NCBI GenBank assembly: GCA_964451165.1
Contig: CAYVGJ010000002.1
Location: 97,338-161,337, forward strand
Length of the DNA stretch: 64,000 bases
Direction: 5' to 3'
Source: an uncultured bacterium
Lineage (GTDB): Bacteria > Auribacterota > Auribacteria > Auribacterales > Auribacteraceae
Positions 30,784 to 39,794 of the stretch are shown in pieces (position 1 is the first letter of the stretch; the number at the start of each line of letters is the position of its first letter). The notes below the pieces were generated by a model. That model was not told where the DNA came from and did no database searches. It saw only the letters and a program-made list of their open reading frames with translations. A program made the position numbers and the translations under genes.

Positions 30784-32795
30784 ATATTGAATCTTTGATT
30801 CGAATACAGCAGTTTGAATCTCTTTAATGTTTCGGGCAAATATATTGATCTTGCCCTGATAGTACTTTTGCCAAGTTCAGTAGGAATACCGTTTTGCTGG
30901 AATAAAGCCGGATAATTATATTCCGCATAAAGAGCATATAATTGAGTACGTGATACATATTTATCAACAAAATATATACCCATGCCGAGATTTTTGCAGT
31001 ATTGATAGAATTTCTCTTCGTCATTTTGAAGAAGTAGCTGACTCATCTCAACAAGCCTTTTATGAACAAGTTTGCTCTCAAGTAGCCCATCGAGAAACGT
31101 AGCGCTTTGCGCGTAAGTTTGGATAACATAACCGTAACTCCAGTAACTGATAACCGGAAGACGATCCGGGTTGAGTTTTTCAAGTTTTATAAGGGCATCC
31201 TCAAGATGGGGGCGTAAATCAAGCCTTAGTTTTGTCATATAAACTCCGGTTTTCCAACCTGATCCGACAATTAAAGTTGTACATAAAACCATTAATGCCG
31301 CGATAGCCATATTCCGTAAAGGAGAATTTTTTAAAAAATTTATTGTGCGATCGACAGATATTGCTCCGGCTAATGCTACAAATATAGAAAGAAGTACTTT
31401 ATTGCGGTAAAACATAAGTGTCAGGAAAAATATTGAAAAGAAAAATACAGCGATAATTAATTCACCAATAGAAATTTTATCTTTTTTGTTTCTGAAAATT
31501 AGTATGGATAAGGGATATAAGAAAATAAATATCCCGCCCCACGAACACATATCCCATTTGAAGATATCTTTTAATGGGACAGAGGAAAGTTCAGCCGTAT
31601 TTATAAAAAGAATATTCTCAATACCGGTGATCTGACCTATACCGAGTTTTAAAAGAAGAACCTTAATAAATGATTCGTAACCTGTAGATAAATGAAGCAT
31701 CGGAATAAATAAGACAAGTATAAACGGAACCATAAGATAAAATGGATCGAATTTGAAGTTTTTCTCTTTATTCCACCACTTTGTTAACAGAGTTGATATT
31801 GCCAATCCTGTAATAAGCATTCCATTGTGAGAGAAGATATAGCGTTGCGAAGATAGGAAATCAAAACCAAGAAAACTTATAGCAAGCCCTCCAAAAAGAA
31901 AAGAAAAGGGGATTACTATGTTGCGATCAGCCCGTTTTAAAAAGACTATCAGTAAAAATATAATGCTGTAAAGAGTTGGGAATAAAAGCGATATTCTCCA
32001 TGTCCCGACAGAAAGCAACATAAAAAATGCTGAAATAATGCTGTAAATATAGCATTTTTTATCATCTTTCTCATCCATAGCTTTTATGAAAAAATAAATA
32101 TTGAATAGAAGGAAAAATACGCCGGGACCTTCATAGCGGTATCTGGTAGCCAATGTCCGTACCAGATTGCCAGGCATTACAGCCGCGAGTGCTGCGCCAA
32201 TAAACGAAATATAATCTTTGCCTGTTATTCTCCGGAGAATAAAATAAATAGGAATCATAGTCATAGCGCACAAAATTGCGTAAAATAGCTCCACAGATCT
32301 CTGAACTGATCCATCTGAAAACACGTGATAAATTTTATAAAATCCTGCACCCAGATAATATAAAACAACAGGGAGGTTTTCCGGAATCGGTTTGCCTTCC
32401 GGATACCATGACATCTTATCAATCGCCGGGACATGTCCTGTTTTTAGAACTTCTTCGGTCATTCTTAAATGAAAAGCGTAATCATAATCCAACATGGTGT
32501 TGGGGTATTGATATATTGGGTACATTCTCCAGTAATACCCGAAATAAAATAACAAAATCAAACCGGCTAGAATAAGGGCAAATTTCAGGTATTTATTTAA
32601 TACGAAAGAACTATCTTTTTTGCTCAGATCAGGCTGGATATCCGCTGTTTTCTCTATAGCTTCGTAATCGGAGATAATCTTTTCTATATATTTTACGTTT
32701 ACGCCAAGTTGTTTAGCAATTGAATTCAAAGATTGCTTTTTATAATTCTCTATAACGTATTTCTTTTGGTTTTCTGAAAGCTGTTTGTCTGTCAT
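30768..32795 (-). CDS. GT-C membrane glycosyltransferase with an STT3/PglB/AglB-like WWDYG-type motif (candidate oligosaccharyltransferase). It has an N-terminal ~60 aa soluble HTH-like segment.
   Basis: About 13 TM helices. Then PVISYWSYGYVIQTYAQSATFLDG; compare WWDYGY-x-I...T-x-VDG in STT3/PglB. A C-terminal ~150 aa soluble domain follows. The N-terminus LNSIAKQLGVNVKYIEKIISDY looks helix-turn-helix. Strong SD AAGGGAAGGA. Confidence 0.45.
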   Translation of the reverse strand: MTDKQLSENQKKYVIENYKKQSLNSIAKQLGVNVKYIEKIISDYEAIEKTADIQPDLSKKDSSFVLNKYLKFALILAGLILLFYFGYYWRMYPIYQYPNTMLDYDYAFHLRMTEEVLKTGHVPAIDKMSWYPEGKPIPENLPVVLYYLGAGFYKIYHVFSDGSVQRSVELFYAILCAMTMIPIYFILRRITGKDYISFIGAALAAVMPGNLVRTLATRYRYEGPGVFFLLFNIYFFIKAMDEKDDKKCYIYSIISAFFMLLSVGTWRISLLFPTLYSIIFLLIVFLKRADRNIVIPFSFLFGGLAISFLGFDFLSSQRYIFSHNGMLITGLAISTLLTKWWNKEKNFKFDPFYLMVPFILVLFIPMLHLSTGYESFIKVLLLKLGIGQITGIENILFINTAELSSVPLKDIFKWDMCSWGGIFIFLYPLSILIFRNKKDKISIGELIIAVFFFSIFFLTLMFYRNKVLLSIFVALAGAISVDRTINFLKNSPLRNMAIAALMVLCTTLIVGSGWKTGVYMTKLRLDLRPHLEDALIKLEKLNPDRLPVISYWSYGYVIQTYAQSATFLDGLLESKLVHKRLVEMSQLLLQNDEEKFYQYCKNLGMGIYFVDKYVSRTQLYALYAEYNYPALFQQNGIPTELGKSTIRARSIYLPETLKRFKLLYSNQRFNIYKIL

Positions 32796-32977
32796 ATATA
32801 TCCTTCCCTTAATTTTTTTATAAAAATGAAATCATAATTTTTTTTTAATTGAAATGCAAGTCAGAATAATTTAACAAAATATCGTGTATGCGGTATCTAT
32901 ATATTAGGTACAGAAATAATTTTATGTTTTAGGGAAATCTGATATTATAAAATAAAAATCATTTTTGTGAGGTGGAA

Positions 32978-34621
32978 ATGAAAAAGAAAGAGCGAATTAT
33001 TAAAATATTTCATACGGTTTCTTCCGATTTAAATGATGAAAAAGATATTGCCAGTGAAATAGTTAAAAAAATAAATAAAGATAGGGCGAAAAGTCTTCAT
33101 TCAAAATTCGAAATAACTTTTTCCAGTATAGATGAGGAATTACCAGCCGGAGATCAGAATACCCAAATTAATAAAATGATTCAGGAATGTGATATATTTA
33201 TTTTCGGGTTATGGAAAAAATGGAATCTTTACGCATGGAAAATATTATCACCGTTTGAAGAAGAATTTGAAATAGCAAGAAATAAATTTCAAGTTCAAGG
33301 TAAGCCACTTGTAATATGTTATTTTAAAGAAATACCTGACGATATGATTTGCGACCCGGGGGAGCAATTGAAAAAGGTTCTGGAATTTAGGACCAATATA
33401 GAATCATCAAAAAAAGTACTTTATTATAATTACGAAAAGGTTACTCAGTTTTCAAGTATGCTTTATGAATTTCTATGGGAATATCTCGATAACAAAAGCT
33501 ATGATGATATTCTTAATGAAGAGAATGCAAAACGGTTGATCGACATTCCCGATGAAATAATACAGAAAATCAATTTATTTCATAAAAAATATATGGAAAC
33601 AGAGTTTACAGGAAAAGGTGAGCTTTCCAAGACATCCATGGAATTTGCTATGGATGCTTTCAGATGTATAAAGGAATATAAATTTACTCTTGCGCAGGAA
33701 TGTTTCATAAAATCGCTCGAAATGGAGGAAAATCCTTATGTACTTGACGCATATGGTTTAATGCTGATTCAACTGGATTATTTCTTTAAAGCTGAAGAAA
33801 AATTTAACCGGTTGTTACAGATATCCAACTCATACGAAGACGGTATGTTGTTAAAATCTTACGCATATAATAATCTCGGTAATATGTACGAGGTTCTGGA
33901 AGATCTCGATAATGCTTCTAAAATGTATAAAAAAGCGCTTGATATTGACTTACAGCTCAAAAGAAAAGAAGGGATCATATCCAATTATAATAATCTCGGT
34001 ATTATCTACAGAAAACAAAATGAATTTGATAAAGCCGAAGCAATGTATAAAAAAGCTCTTGATGCCGATCTCCATACTGAAAGTACACAAGCTACGGCAT
34101 CCGCTTATGGAAATCTCGGCAATATTTATTTGCTGAAAGATGAACTTGATAAAGCCGAAACAATGTATAAAAAAGCGCTTGATATAGATATGAATCTTTG
34201 GTGTAAAGAAGAAATCGTTACCGATTGTTTTAATTTGGGCAATGTGTATACAAAACGCGGTGATTTTTTGAATGCTGAGGAGATGTATGATAAATCGCTG
34301 GAATTAAGTTCGGAGAATTGGATAAAAAAGGAAATAGCGTCAAATTATTGTTACCTGGCGCGAAGATATGGTACAGACGGTAATCTTGATCGGTCTGAAT
34401 CGTTATATAATAAGGCGCTTGGGTTATCGAGGGAACTCGGCAGTAAAAAAGGGATGGCTTCAATTTATCTTAATCTTGGGATTTTATACGAACACAAAGG
34501 GGATTTTGGCAAAACCAAAGAATTTTGGATTAAATCAGAGGAATATTACAATCAGATGGGAAATGAAAAAGAGGTTAATAAATTAAGGACCTGGATCAGG
34601 GATCTGGACATAAATGAATGA
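32978..34621 (+). CDS. DUF4062 (TIR/deoxyribosyltransferase-like Rossmann domain) N-terminal domain fused to TPR_12-type tetratricopeptide repeats. The start is placed at the ATG at 32978; the track begins at a GTG at 32972.
   Basis: The N-terminus IKIFHTVSSDLNDEKDIASEIVKKINKD...FSSIDEELPAGDQNTQINKMIQECDIFIFGLWKKWN...SPFEEEFEIARNKFQVQGKPLVICYFKEIP follows the DUF4062 consensus as I recall it. About 7 40-aa TPR repeats follow (A[EK]xMYKKALDIDL...), visible also as ~120-bp periodic DNA repeats. Confidence 0.5.
   Translation: MKKKERIIKIFHTVSSDLNDEKDIASEIVKKINKDRAKSLHSKFEITFSSIDEELPAGDQNTQINKMIQECDIFIFGLWKKWNLYAWKILSPFEEEFEIARNKFQVQGKPLVICYFKEIPDDMICDPGEQLKKVLEFRTNIESSKKVLYYNYEKVTQFSSMLYEFLWEYLDNKSYDDILNEENAKRLIDIPDEIIQKINLFHKKYMETEFTGKGELSKTSMEFAMDAFRCIKEYKFTLAQECFIKSLEMEENPYVLDAYGLMLIQLDYFFKAEEKFNRLLQISNSYEDGMLLKSYAYNNLGNMYEVLEDLDNASKMYKKALDIDLQLKRKEGIISNYNNLGIIYRKQNEFDKAEAMYKKALDADLHTESTQATASAYGNLGNIYLLKDELDKAETMYKKALDIDMNLWCKEEIVTDCFNLGNVYTKRGDFLNAEEMYDKSLELSSENWIKKEIASNYCYLARRYGTDGNLDRSESLYNKALGLSRELGSKKGMASIYLNLGILYEHKGDFGKTKEFWIKSEEYYNQMGNEKEVNKLRTWIRDLDINE
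33900..34500 (+). repeat. Intragenic ~120-bp periodic nucleotide repeats encoding TPR units (not CRISPR)
   Basis: Near-identical 26-30-nt cores (gataaagccgaa[ag]caatgtataaaaaagc[gt]cttgat...) at about 33922, 34044 and 34164, spaced 120 nt (40 aa) apart inside the TPR ORF. Confidence 0.7.
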
Positions 34622-35177
34622 CAAAATAAACGAATTTCAATACCGCTATAAATATCCACGCCCGATGGTAACTGTTGACATAGCATTGTTTTCCATTATT
34701 GATTCTGAACCCGCAATTCTTCTTATAAAAAGAGGAGGAAATACTTTTTTCGGATATTGGGCATTACCGGGCGGATTTGTTGATATTGAGGAAGATATAA
34801 AGCAAACGGCACCAAGAGAACTTGAAGAAGAAACAGGTTTAAAGTTCGATCAGTTATATCAGATATTTTGCGTAGGTACTCCCGGAAGAGACCCTCGCGG
34901 TAGAACAATAAGCGTTGTTTATTCGGGTTTTTATGAAGGCAACGAAAAACCGTCAGGTAAATCGGATGCGAAAGAAGCTCAATGGTTCAATATTAATGAA
35001 ATACCGGAGCAATTGGCATTTGATCATTGGGATGTGATTGTTACAGTAATAAAAAGATGGATATATGAATTCAATAATCCATCTCTGGATCCATGCCTGA
35101 TGAAATATAAAGATTCTTTTATAGCCGCTACAAAAAAATACGCAGATGTATCACTCGGATTCGGGTTAAAGTTATGA
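34614..35177 (+). CDS. NUDIX hydrolase
   Basis: The Nudix box GYWALPGGFVDIEEDIKQTAPRELEEETGL (GX5EX7REUXEEXGU). There is an 8-nt overlap with the upstream TPR gene. Confidence 0.75.
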   Translation: MNDKINEFQYRYKYPRPMVTVDIALFSIIDSEPAILLIKRGGNTFFGYWALPGGFVDIEEDIKQTAPRELEEETGLKFDQLYQIFCVGTPGRDPRGRTISVVYSGFYEGNEKPSGKSDAKEAQWFNINEIPEQLAFDHWDVIVTVIKRWIYEFNNPSLDPCLMKYKDSFIAATKKYADVSLGFGLKL

Positions 35178-35182
35178 TCCTA

Positions 35183-35800
35183 TTAAATTAGAAAAGTTAT
35201 TATCCTCATAAAAAAATCACGGATAATATCTATTATTCCATCAAGTGCGCCAATATAAAGAAGAGCAAACAAAATAATTATACCGAAACGTTCTATTTTA
35301 TTAAGAAATCTTCTTATCGAAGGAGGCGATATTACTGATAACACTCTTGAACCGTCAAGAGGTGGTATCGGTAGAATATTGAACGAAGCGAGAATCAGAT
35401 TTATCTGAGCCATTAATATAAGAGAATATATTTTTGGTGAATCAATATAGGGTCCGACTAGTTTAAATAATAACAACGCGATAAACGCGAGAACAAAATT
35501 AGTAAAAACTCCTGCCAGCGAACACATAATAATTCCCATTTTCTGGGGCCGTAAATTCGAATAGTTTATATGAACAGGTTTTGCCCAGCCGAATCCGAAA
35601 ATAAGAAACAACGCTGTTCCGGCCGGATCGAGATGTTTGAAAGGATTTAATGAAAACCGACCCATATTTTTTGCTGTATCGTCCCCGAATTTCGCCGCGC
35701 ATACGGCATGAGCTAATTCATGAAGAACAAGGGAATATAAAAGTGGTATTGCGATTAGTAGAAAAGTTATCGGGTCGTTTAATAATAATTTTAAAAGCAT
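35183..35800 (-). CDS. Site-2 protease (M50) family membrane metalloprotease, short stand-alone form
   Basis: HExxH in TM1 (LVLHELAHAVCAAKFG), a downstream LDG motif in a TM (ILPIPPLDGSRVL), and about 6 TM helices in 205 aa. Confidence 0.7.
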   Translation of the reverse strand: MLLKLLLNDPITFLLIAIPLLYSLVLHELAHAVCAAKFGDDTAKNMGRFSLNPFKHLDPAGTALFLIFGFGWAKPVHINYSNLRPQKMGIIMCSLAGVFTNFVLAFIALLLFKLVGPYIDSPKIYSLILMAQINLILASFNILPIPPLDGSRVLSVISPPSIRRFLNKIERFGIIILFALLYIGALDGIIDIIRDFFMRIITFLI

Positions 35801-35810
35801 AATACCTCAA

Positions 35811-36350
35811 TTAATTTTCACTGATTAAATTTTTCCTCAGAAGTTCTTTTTTAGAAAATACGTAACTTCCAGCAATAATTTTATGAGGGATTAAATTAAG
35901 TTTGGCTCTGCGTGAGATTTCCTGCCGGGTGTATCCGAGCATAATACCGAGTTCTTCACAGGAAATATCATCTTTTAATCTTGCGTAACAGGCTTTTATC
36001 GCGAATCCGAGAGGAGTCTTAACCCATTCGGTCCAATTTATACTGTTTTTCCTGTTATCCGCGGGTGATCTCCAGAGAATAGAGCAAATCATATCACAAG
36101 CCTGCTGTATCATCCATTTTTCTTCTTTGGAATTCAATTTTAATTCTCCCCGGGCGAACTGAAATATTTTACTGATTATGGATTCGATTACAGAATCGAA
36201 TTTATGATCGGAAAGATGCGACTTAAATAAATCCACTGAACTTTCAGGTAAAAAATTTGCCATAAGCCCGCACAAATATTCGGATATGTTTTTCTTGAAT
36301 CTCTCTATTTCTCTTTTTTCAGTTTTTTTATCGATATTTTTTATTTTCAT
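35811..36350 (-). CDS. Hypothetical protein with a C-terminal HTH-like segment
   Basis: The ORF lies immediately upstream of the M50 gene on the same strand. The C-terminus LGYTRQEISRRAKLNLIPHKIIAGSYVFSKKELL looks like a DNA-binding HTH. No family was recognised. Confidence 0.35.
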   Translation of the reverse strand: MKIKNIDKKTEKREIERFKKNISEYLCGLMANFLPESSVDLFKSHLSDHKFDSVIESIISKIFQFARGELKLNSKEEKWMIQQACDMICSILWRSPADNRKNSINWTEWVKTPLGFAIKACYARLKDDISCEELGIMLGYTRQEISRRAKLNLIPHKIIAGSYVFSKKELLRKNLISEN

Positions 36351-36618
36351 AATATTGTTTTATGTTTGGGGTTTATTTTTAATAGAGGTAAGTATAAGAC
36401 AAGAAAAATGTAGTGTAAATCAAATTTTTAATAAAAATTGACGGTTTTTTTTGAATCATTGAAATTATAATAAAAAAATGATATCTTCATAAAAATAAAT
36501 ATGGTAATGAACGATTGTAACAATAATGCGAGTTATGCTACCCAATAGTTTTTATATTGAAATCATAATATATTGAGTTTTTGATTAATATTTGTTTATA
36601 TGTGCAAGAAAGGTTCTA

Positions 36619-37143
36619 ATGATAAAAACTGAAATAGGCAATTCGGCTATTGAATTGATTATCGGCGATATTACTGAACTTACGGTTGATGCGATTGTAA
36701 ACGCGGCGAACTCTGCGTTAAAAATGGGGGGCGGTGTTGCCGGAGCGATACTCGAAAAAGGTGGTTATTCAATTCAGCGGGAATGTGATAAAATCGGGAG
36801 AATATCTGTTGGTACAGCAGTAATTACCAGTTCAGGTAATCTTAATGCTAAATTCATTATACATGCTGTCGGCCCAAGAATGGGTGAAGGCGACGAGGAT
36901 GAGAAACTGCTTAACGCAACATTGAATTCACTAAAAATTGCTGAACAAAACGCAATCCAAACTATAGCGTTTCCCGCGATAAGTACGGGCATTTTCGGGT
37001 ATCCGATAGATAGATGCGCCTCAATTATGCTTAATACAACCGCAGGATATATCAAAAGCCGCAACATAATAAAAAAAGTAATTTTTTGCCTGTACGATTC
37101 AAGATCCTTTAAAATATTTCAGCATGAGTTGGAAAAAATTTAA
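36619..37143 (+). CDS. Macro domain protein (ADP-ribose / O-acetyl-ADP-ribose processing, YmdB/MacroD-like). The start is placed at the ATG at 36619.
   Basis: IGDITELTVDAIVNAANSALKMGGGVAGAILEKGG...CDKIGRISVGTAVITSSGNLNAKFIIHAVGP... is canonical macro domain. Confidence 0.75.
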   Translation: MIKTEIGNSAIELIIGDITELTVDAIVNAANSALKMGGGVAGAILEKGGYSIQRECDKIGRISVGTAVITSSGNLNAKFIIHAVGPRMGEGDEDEKLLNATLNSLKIAEQNAIQTIAFPAISTGIFGYPIDRCASIMLNTTAGYIKSRNIIKKVIFCLYDSRSFKIFQHELEKI

Positions 37144-37221
37144 GGCATTACTTTGAGTTGACAAGTTACCGCAAAAAAAATAAAATAACCGCTTTTATAT
37201 TCATGTAGGAAAAGTTTCAGA

Positions 37222-38724
37222 ATGAGAATTTTGTTTATATACCCGAACTTATATGCCCAAATCGGATTCAATTATGGAGTCGCGTTTCTGTCCGCTGTTT
37301 TAAAGAAAGCAGGGCATGAGACAAAACTTCTAAATATAAACGATAAACTCGGTTTTTATCTTGATCACGATAGAATTAAAAAGGAAGTTCTTAATTTTGA
37401 TCCCGAGCTTATTGCATTTTCTGTTGTTACCAATCAATATCAATTCGCCAAAAACATTGCTTCAGAGATAAGAAAATATCATGACGCTCCTATATTATGT
37501 GGTGGAATACACCCTACCATGGATCCGGAAGGCGTACTCAATTCAGGCGAATTCGATTTCGTGTGCATGGGAGAAGGTGAAGGCGCGCTATGTGATTTGG
37601 CGGGAAACATCAATTCTACTGAAGAAATCAAAAAAATAAAAAATATATGGATGAAGGACAACGGTTTAATTATAAAGAATCCGATGCGAGAATTGGTTGA
37701 CCTTTCTACCTTACCGCGCAAAGATTACGAAATATTTGATTTCCAAAAGATGATTGACGCAAAAGACGGATGGGTCGGGCTTATGACATCGCGCGGATGC
37801 CCGTTCAGATGCACATATTGCCTCAATCATAAAATAGTCAAGATGTATCAGGATGACCTGCAGACAAAAAAAATCAACTATATGCGGTGCCATTCCGTGG
37901 AAGACGTCATAAGCGAAATAGATTTTGTCCTGAGAAACTATGACCGCATAAAAATGTTTATTTTTGATGACGACCTGTTTACTTTCAATAAAGAATATGT
38001 TGAAGATTTTTGCAGGCAGTACAAAAAATATTTCAGGGTGCCTTTTGTATGTAATGCTCATGTAAAGGTTTTTGATGATTCTATCGCCCAGGGGTTGAAA
38101 GATGCCGGTTGCCAAATTGTCAAGTTTGGGCTGGAAAGCGGGTCAGATAGGGTCCGGTCTCAGATAATGCGCAGGTTTATGAAAAACGAGGATATCGAAA
38201 AGGCTTTTGCGTCAGCGGAAAAAGCGGGCCTGCACAGTTCCGCGTTTGTCATGATGGGATTGCCTTCGGAATCCGATGAGGAATTGCAGGAAACCATAGA
38301 TCTTCTCGGTAGAATTAAACCGGGAAGGTTCCGTTGGGCGATTTTTTTCCCGTTCATTAATACTGAAGCGTACGATATAACAAAAAATTTAGGGTTGATC
38401 AACGAAGAAAAGATCAATTCACTCGCCAATTTTACTGAAGAAAGTTGTTTAAACCTTTCGGATCAGGTTTACAGGAAAGTCAAATGCATGCAGAAAATTT
38501 TCCCATGGTATGTAAATGCTTCCTCAAATCTTGAGGTAGCACCTTTATATAAGAATCTGGTTGAAATTATTGAGAATTTATCTGAAGATGAATGGGTTAA
38601 TATAAAAGATAATTTGCGCCGGATCGATGAAGATTTGTCAAAAGTGCTGGATTCAAAGGGATGTACTCATTACAGAATAAAATACAATAGCTTTACAGGA
38701 GTCAGAAGCGATTGGATAGATTAA
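37222..38724 (+). CDS. B12-binding-domain radical SAM protein
   Basis: An N-terminal cobalamin-binding Rossmann-like domain (MRILFIYPNLY...AFLSAVLKKAGHETKLL). The radical SAM cluster motif GLMTSRGCPFRCTYCLNH, 500 aa. It is the first large gene of the LPS-core operon. Confidence 0.75.
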   Translation: MRILFIYPNLYAQIGFNYGVAFLSAVLKKAGHETKLLNINDKLGFYLDHDRIKKEVLNFDPELIAFSVVTNQYQFAKNIASEIRKYHDAPILCGGIHPTMDPEGVLNSGEFDFVCMGEGEGALCDLAGNINSTEEIKKIKNIWMKDNGLIIKNPMRELVDLSTLPRKDYEIFDFQKMIDAKDGWVGLMTSRGCPFRCTYCLNHKIVKMYQDDLQTKKINYMRCHSVEDVISEIDFVLRNYDRIKMFIFDDDLFTFNKEYVEDFCRQYKKYFRVPFVCNAHVKVFDDSIAQGLKDAGCQIVKFGLESGSDRVRSQIMRRFMKNEDIEKAFASAEKAGLHSSAFVMMGLPSESDEELQETIDLLGRIKPGRFRWAIFFPFINTEAYDITKNLGLINEEKINSLANFTEESCLNLSDQVYRKVKCMQKIFPWYVNASSNLEVAPLYKNLVEIIENLSEDEWVNIKDNLRRIDEDLSKVLDSKGCTHYRIKYNSFTGVRSDWID

Positions 38725-39794
38725 AAAATGTTCCGCTAAATCCGCAAAGAATTGTTGTAAGGTGTCCGAATTGGATTGGTGACGCGGTTATGGCTACTCC
38801 TTTTTTATCCGAATTGAGAGAAACATATCCGAACGCGGAAATTACTTTTATGCTTCGGGAATATGTTAAGGAAGTTTACAGCGGGGCTCCATGGGCGGAT
38901 AAGTATGTAATTACAAAGAATAAACAGAGGACAAAATTCCTTAAAAGAAGATTAAATTCAATTGTTGAGAATATACAGATGCTTAAAAACGGGAATTATG
39001 ATCTTGCCGTTTTGCTTTCAAACTCGTTTGAATCGGCTTTCGAGGCCAGAACTGCGGGTATCCCAAATCGAATAGGTTATAGAAGAAACGGCAGGGGATT
39101 TCTGATTACTAGTGGTCCTAAAGCCGTACGGCGATCGGGAGTTTATGAGCCGGTATCAATGATAGATTATTATAACGAGCTGGGTAAATATCTCGGATTC
39201 AGAAAGTTTTTTCATGATATGGCTTTGTTTTTGAGTCCGGAAGATGAATGTAAAACGAATGCTGTTATGAATCAATTTGGGATTGACGAATCTTCAAATC
39301 TGATCGGGTTAAACCTTGGCGCCGCGTTCGGAAGCTCAAAATTGTGGAAACCTGAATATTTCGCGCAGGTGGGGGATTATTTCGCGCGGAATCCAAAAAA
39401 CAAAGTCATGCTACTCGCGGGACCTAATGAAGATATAATTCTCGACAAAATATCCGCAATGATGCAGTACCCTAAAATAAAACTTACTTCGGATTTAGTT
39501 CCCATCGGGGTACTTAAAGGAATTATAAGAAGATTATCGTTACTTATAACAAATGATACCGGGCCAAGGCATTTTGCTTCATCTTTCGGAATACCTTCGG
39601 TTGTATTGATTGGGGCAACTAATCCGAGATGGACCACAAATAATGATTCGAAACAAATAGTTCTTATGAAAGTACCTGTTTGCGGGCCGTGCCATTTGCG
39701 CAATTGCCCGATGAACCATCAATGTATGCGAAACATTAAACCTGCCGATGTAGTTCAAGCGGCTGAAAAACTTTTAGGATCACCAATAGCATGA
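38712..39794 (+). CDS. ADP-heptose:LPS heptosyltransferase (GT9). It has a TTG start that overlaps the upstream stop.
   Basis: RIVVRCPNWIGDAVMATPFLSELRETYPNAEITFML is the N-terminal GT9 signature. The C-terminal ...ITNDTGPRHFASSFGIPSVVLIGATNPRW is also conserved. Confidence 0.7.
   Translation: MDRLKNVPLNPQRIVVRCPNWIGDAVMATPFLSELRETYPNAEITFMLREYVKEVYSGAPWADKYVITKNKQRTKFLKRRLNSIVENIQMLKNGNYDLAVLLSNSFESAFEARTAGIPNRIGYRRNGRGFLITSGPKAVRRSGVYEPVSMIDYYNELGKYLGFRKFFHDMALFLSPEDECKTNAVMNQFGIDESSNLIGLNLGAAFGSSKLWKPEYFAQVGDYFARNPKNKVMLLAGPNEDIILDKISAMMQYPKIKLTSDLVPIGVLKGIIRRLSLLITNDTGPRHFASSFGIPSVVLIGATNPRWTTNNDSKQIVLMKVPVCGPCHLRNCPMNHQCMRNIKPADVVQAAEKLLGSPIA

Noticed and set aside
33900-34500. Regular ~120-nt periodic direct repeats that could be mistaken for a CRISPR array
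   Set aside because: The repeats lie inside an uninterrupted ORF and encode successive TPR units (AExMYKKALDIDL...). The intervening segments are homologous rather than unique, and there are no cas genes.
36351-36618. Promoter-like TTGACG and TATAAT hexamers upstream of the macro gene
   Set aside because: The spacing between the best -35 and -10 candidates is about 22 nt, outside the functional 16-19-nt range. No better pair was identified.
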